Assembly (NCBI RefSeq): GCF_024521635.1
Contig: NW_026250418.1
Coordinates: 186,001-250,000, forward strand
Direction: 5' to 3'
DNA from: Tricharina praecox
Taxonomy: Eukaryota
DNA length: 64,000 nucleotides
Within the stretch, counting starts at the first letter, position 1; each line of letters opens with the position of its first letter. Below, one piece after another: positions 61,196 through 64,000 of the stretch. The translations under genes were made by a program, and so were the position numbers. The notes beneath the pieces were generated by a model that made no database searches, had not been told where the DNA came from, and saw nothing but the letters and a program-made list of their open reading frames with translations.

Positions 61196-62150
61196 TCACT
61201 TCTTCTCCTCTTTCTTCTCCTCTGGTTCAGGCGTGGGGAGCTTGAAAGTCGGCGGGCTAGCATCGACACCGCTGCCGACCTGCTCCCACGCCGAGCTTCC
61301 GCCCTGGAAGTTTCTGAAGGCCTGCGTCATCTCGAGCGGCTCGACGACGACGCGCTTCTTCTCCTCGTCGTAGCGCACCTCGGTGTACCCGGTCAGCGGG
61401 AAGTCTTTCCGCAATGGGTGGCCGTCGAAGCCGTAGTCCGTCATGATCCGCCGCAGGTCGGGGTGGTTGGTGAAGAACACGCCGAACAGGTCGTAGACTT
61501 CGCGCTCGTACCAGTTTGCGCCCTCGAAGAGAGGGGTGACGGAGGGCACGGGGGTGGCCTCGTCGGCATACGTCTTGATCCGGATACGAGAGTTGTGCCG
61601 GATCGAGAGCAGGTTGTAGACGACTTCGAAGCGCTGCGAGCGCGACGGGTAGTCCACCGCTGTGATGTCGGTCACCTGCGTGAACTGCGCCGCCGTGTGC
61701 AGCTTCAAGAAGGTCATCACCGGGATCACGGATTGCGGCGCGATGTAGATCGTCAGCTCGTCTTTCCACACCGCGAACTGCTGGATGTGCTTCGGCAGCG
61801 ACGAGATCAGGTATTTGCCGTACGAGTGCAGGGCGTCCGACGCGGTGGTGTATTTGTCCGAGTTGGCGACGATCGGGGCCCGGAGCGGGCCGGCGGCTGC
61901 GTGCGTGTTAGATAGATGCGTGGATAGATAGCTGGTGCGCTCCAGGGGAGCATGGGAGGAGGAGGGCGGGTATACGAGGGCGCGCCGCTGTTCGCGGATT
62001 CGGGAGCTCGCTGCCATCCGGGCGCTGGTGCCCGGTGAAATGGCTGCGGGAGGCGATCAGCGCTCCCACTCCGAGGCGGGCTGTTGCGGGCTGGCTCTGG
62101 ACAATTGCCCGGGTCAGGGCACGAGCCGTGGTGGTGAGCTGGGGAGGCAT
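61196..62150 (-). CDS. NDUFS3: NADH:ubiquinone oxidoreductase 30-kDa subunit (~291 aa); exons 62150-61976, 61896-61196
   Basis: Arg-containing, acid-free presequence; [57 protein letters not shown]. 79-nt intron with a TCTAAC branch. Confidence 0.97.
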
Positions 62151-62738
62151 TGTGGTGATGCGGTCGGGTGGGGTGGGGTGGCGGTGGTGGGGGTGGACGA
62201 GATGGTGAGGGTGAATGCGGGTTGGCCGGGTGTTGCGGTTCAGATGATGGTCGTGAAGTCACCACACCTCCAATTGGACGCGGGGTGGTGGCACTCGAAA
62301 GAGGAGAATCGTAATTGGCTGTTAGTAATCTCGCCCACCGTCTTGGCGGAAAGCAAGACAGACTTCACTTCACCGCTTTTGCAGCTTACCCTCCGAACCG
62401 CAACTACAACCCGCCCCCGGAAGACCAGAACGGCCCGCCAACGAACAAACAACTTTATCCTCCCGCCTTCCCTCCCTCCTTCTGCATACATCAATCCCAT
62501 CCTCCGTCCCCACTACTACCACCGCTACTACTCCCCACGTACCTACACTTACCACCACCCTCCCACCCACCTCCCATCCCCCCTCCTCCCCCACACACTT
62601 ACTAAGAAGGTTTTTGTCCTACTACCTACACCACACCGGTCGACATCACCTCTAATACTACCGACCTTACCTCCCTCAACCATACCTACCACCACCGCCC
62701 GCACCACCTCCCCACTTCCTACGCAAGCACCACAAGCA

Positions 62739-64000
62739 ATGTCGCGACTACAGCAAGACACCTTCATTGACGAAGAGGAAGAATACTGGTTTGCCTTTGC
62801 CCTCCCTCCCCGCCATGCTATCCTTTTCCCCGCCAAACTCTCTAATCGCGCCCCGCTCGGTATAGTCCTCTTTGCGTGGAGGAGTTTGACGTCCAAGATC
62901 GTAACTTCAAACCGTGCCCCTGCGGCTATCAGGTATAGCTCCCTGCTGTTGAATCTGGAGGACGACATGGGAGAATGTGTGTTGATGTGTAGCTGCCTGC
63001 GAACATAGATTTGCCAGTTTTGCTTCAACAATATCAGGACCAACCTCAACGGCCTCTGTCCGGCGTGCCGGAGGGAGTACCGCGAGGAGACGATTGAGTA
63101 CAAGGCGATCACTGCGGAGGAGTATGATGTCCTTGTCGATTGAAGGGGCGAAGTGGGGTGGGTGATTTATGGGCTAATGCTGGCGTAGATTGAAAGCTGA
63201 AGACAGCAAGAAGAAACGCCTCGCTAGCGAGAAACGAAAGCACGAAGCACAGAAACGCGAGATCGAAGCGCTCAACCGCAAACATCTCTCTGGCCTCCGA
63301 GTGATCCAGCGGAATCTGGTATATGTTACTGGACTCAACCCCCGGATCCGCGAGGAAGAGCTGCTTGCGACGCTGCGCGGCGATCAGTACTTCGGACAGT
63401 ACGGGAAGATCCTCAAGATCGTCGTCAACAAGCGGACTGCTCAGGGGAGTCCTGGGCAGGTGCACCACAGCTCGCATCAGGACTCTCAGGGATTGGGTGT
63501 CTACGTCACGTTCTCGAATAAAAATGAGGCGGAGAAGTGCATTGCTGCTGTCGACGGTAGTGAGAATGGTGACCGCACCCTGAGGGCTACCTACGGCACT
63601 ACGAAGTACTGCTCGGCCTACCTTCGGAATGAAACTTGTCCAAATAAGAATTGCATGTTTCTACACGAACCGGGCGAGGAAGCAGAGTCATTTAGCAGGA
63701 TGGAGCTGTCTACGGCCAACTCGAGGCAGAACAATCAGGGGAAGGAGCAGCTGCAGCAGCTGCAGCAGCACAGTGCGTATGGTCACCAGCCGCAGCCTTC
63801 GAGACCGCCCCAGAGAGAACATCATCCGACAGCGCCGCATCACGAAATGGCAAGGACGAACTCCCACGTAGGGTCCGCTGCTGGGGATGCCGATGGAGCA
63901 TCGGCGTTGCCCTCGACGGCGAATTGGGCTAAGAACCCCCCTACCCCGGCGTCTCGTCCAGCTTCTCTGGTGCACTCGATTGCAAGCAACCAGATGCCTT
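62739..64000 (+). CDS. NOT4: CCR4-NOT E3 ligase Not4/Mot2, 5' part (runs off the window); exons 62739-62788, 62866-62932, 63009-63121, 63189->64000
   Basis: C4C4 RING CPLCVEE...FKPCPCGYQICQFC...CPACR assembled across introns; RRM (RVIQRNLVYV, QYFGQYGKI, YGTTKYCSAYL); CPNKNCMFLHE zinc finger. Confidence 0.96.

Overview
Eukaryotic nuclear DNA from a filamentous ascomycete (Pezizomycotina; class not determinable here). The evidence is short GT-AG introns with CTAAC/CTGAC-type branch points, intron-containing tRNAs and microsatellite-rich spacers. The first ~24 kb is gene-poor. It holds two small proteins I do not recognise (minus strand) and at least two TA-flanked, TIR-bounded non-autonomous elements. 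The remaining 40 kb is an ordinary housekeeping neighbourhood: tRNA-Val(CAC), an HSL-family esterase, a PDR-type ABC transporter, a SNF2 helicase (Rad5/Rad16/Uls1-like), a Myb/SANT protein, RRD1 (PTPA), a long coiled-coil protein, GEM1, tRNA-Ile(AAT), a small Ala/Pro/Glu-rich protein, SPF30, YAP1, NDUFS3 and the 5' part of NOT4. Exon-intron models were derived by hand and each complete model sums to whole codons. I see no clear new multi-gene system. The best leads are: two stop-free in-frame introns (one adds a hydrophobic segment to the coiled-coil protein, one splits the Yap1 redox/NES domain); a 1.36-kb AUG-free region upstream of YAP1; an unrecognised protein with a W-x-x-x-EAP repeat; and Tc1-like MITEs with footprint-like flanks. 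No database searches were run.
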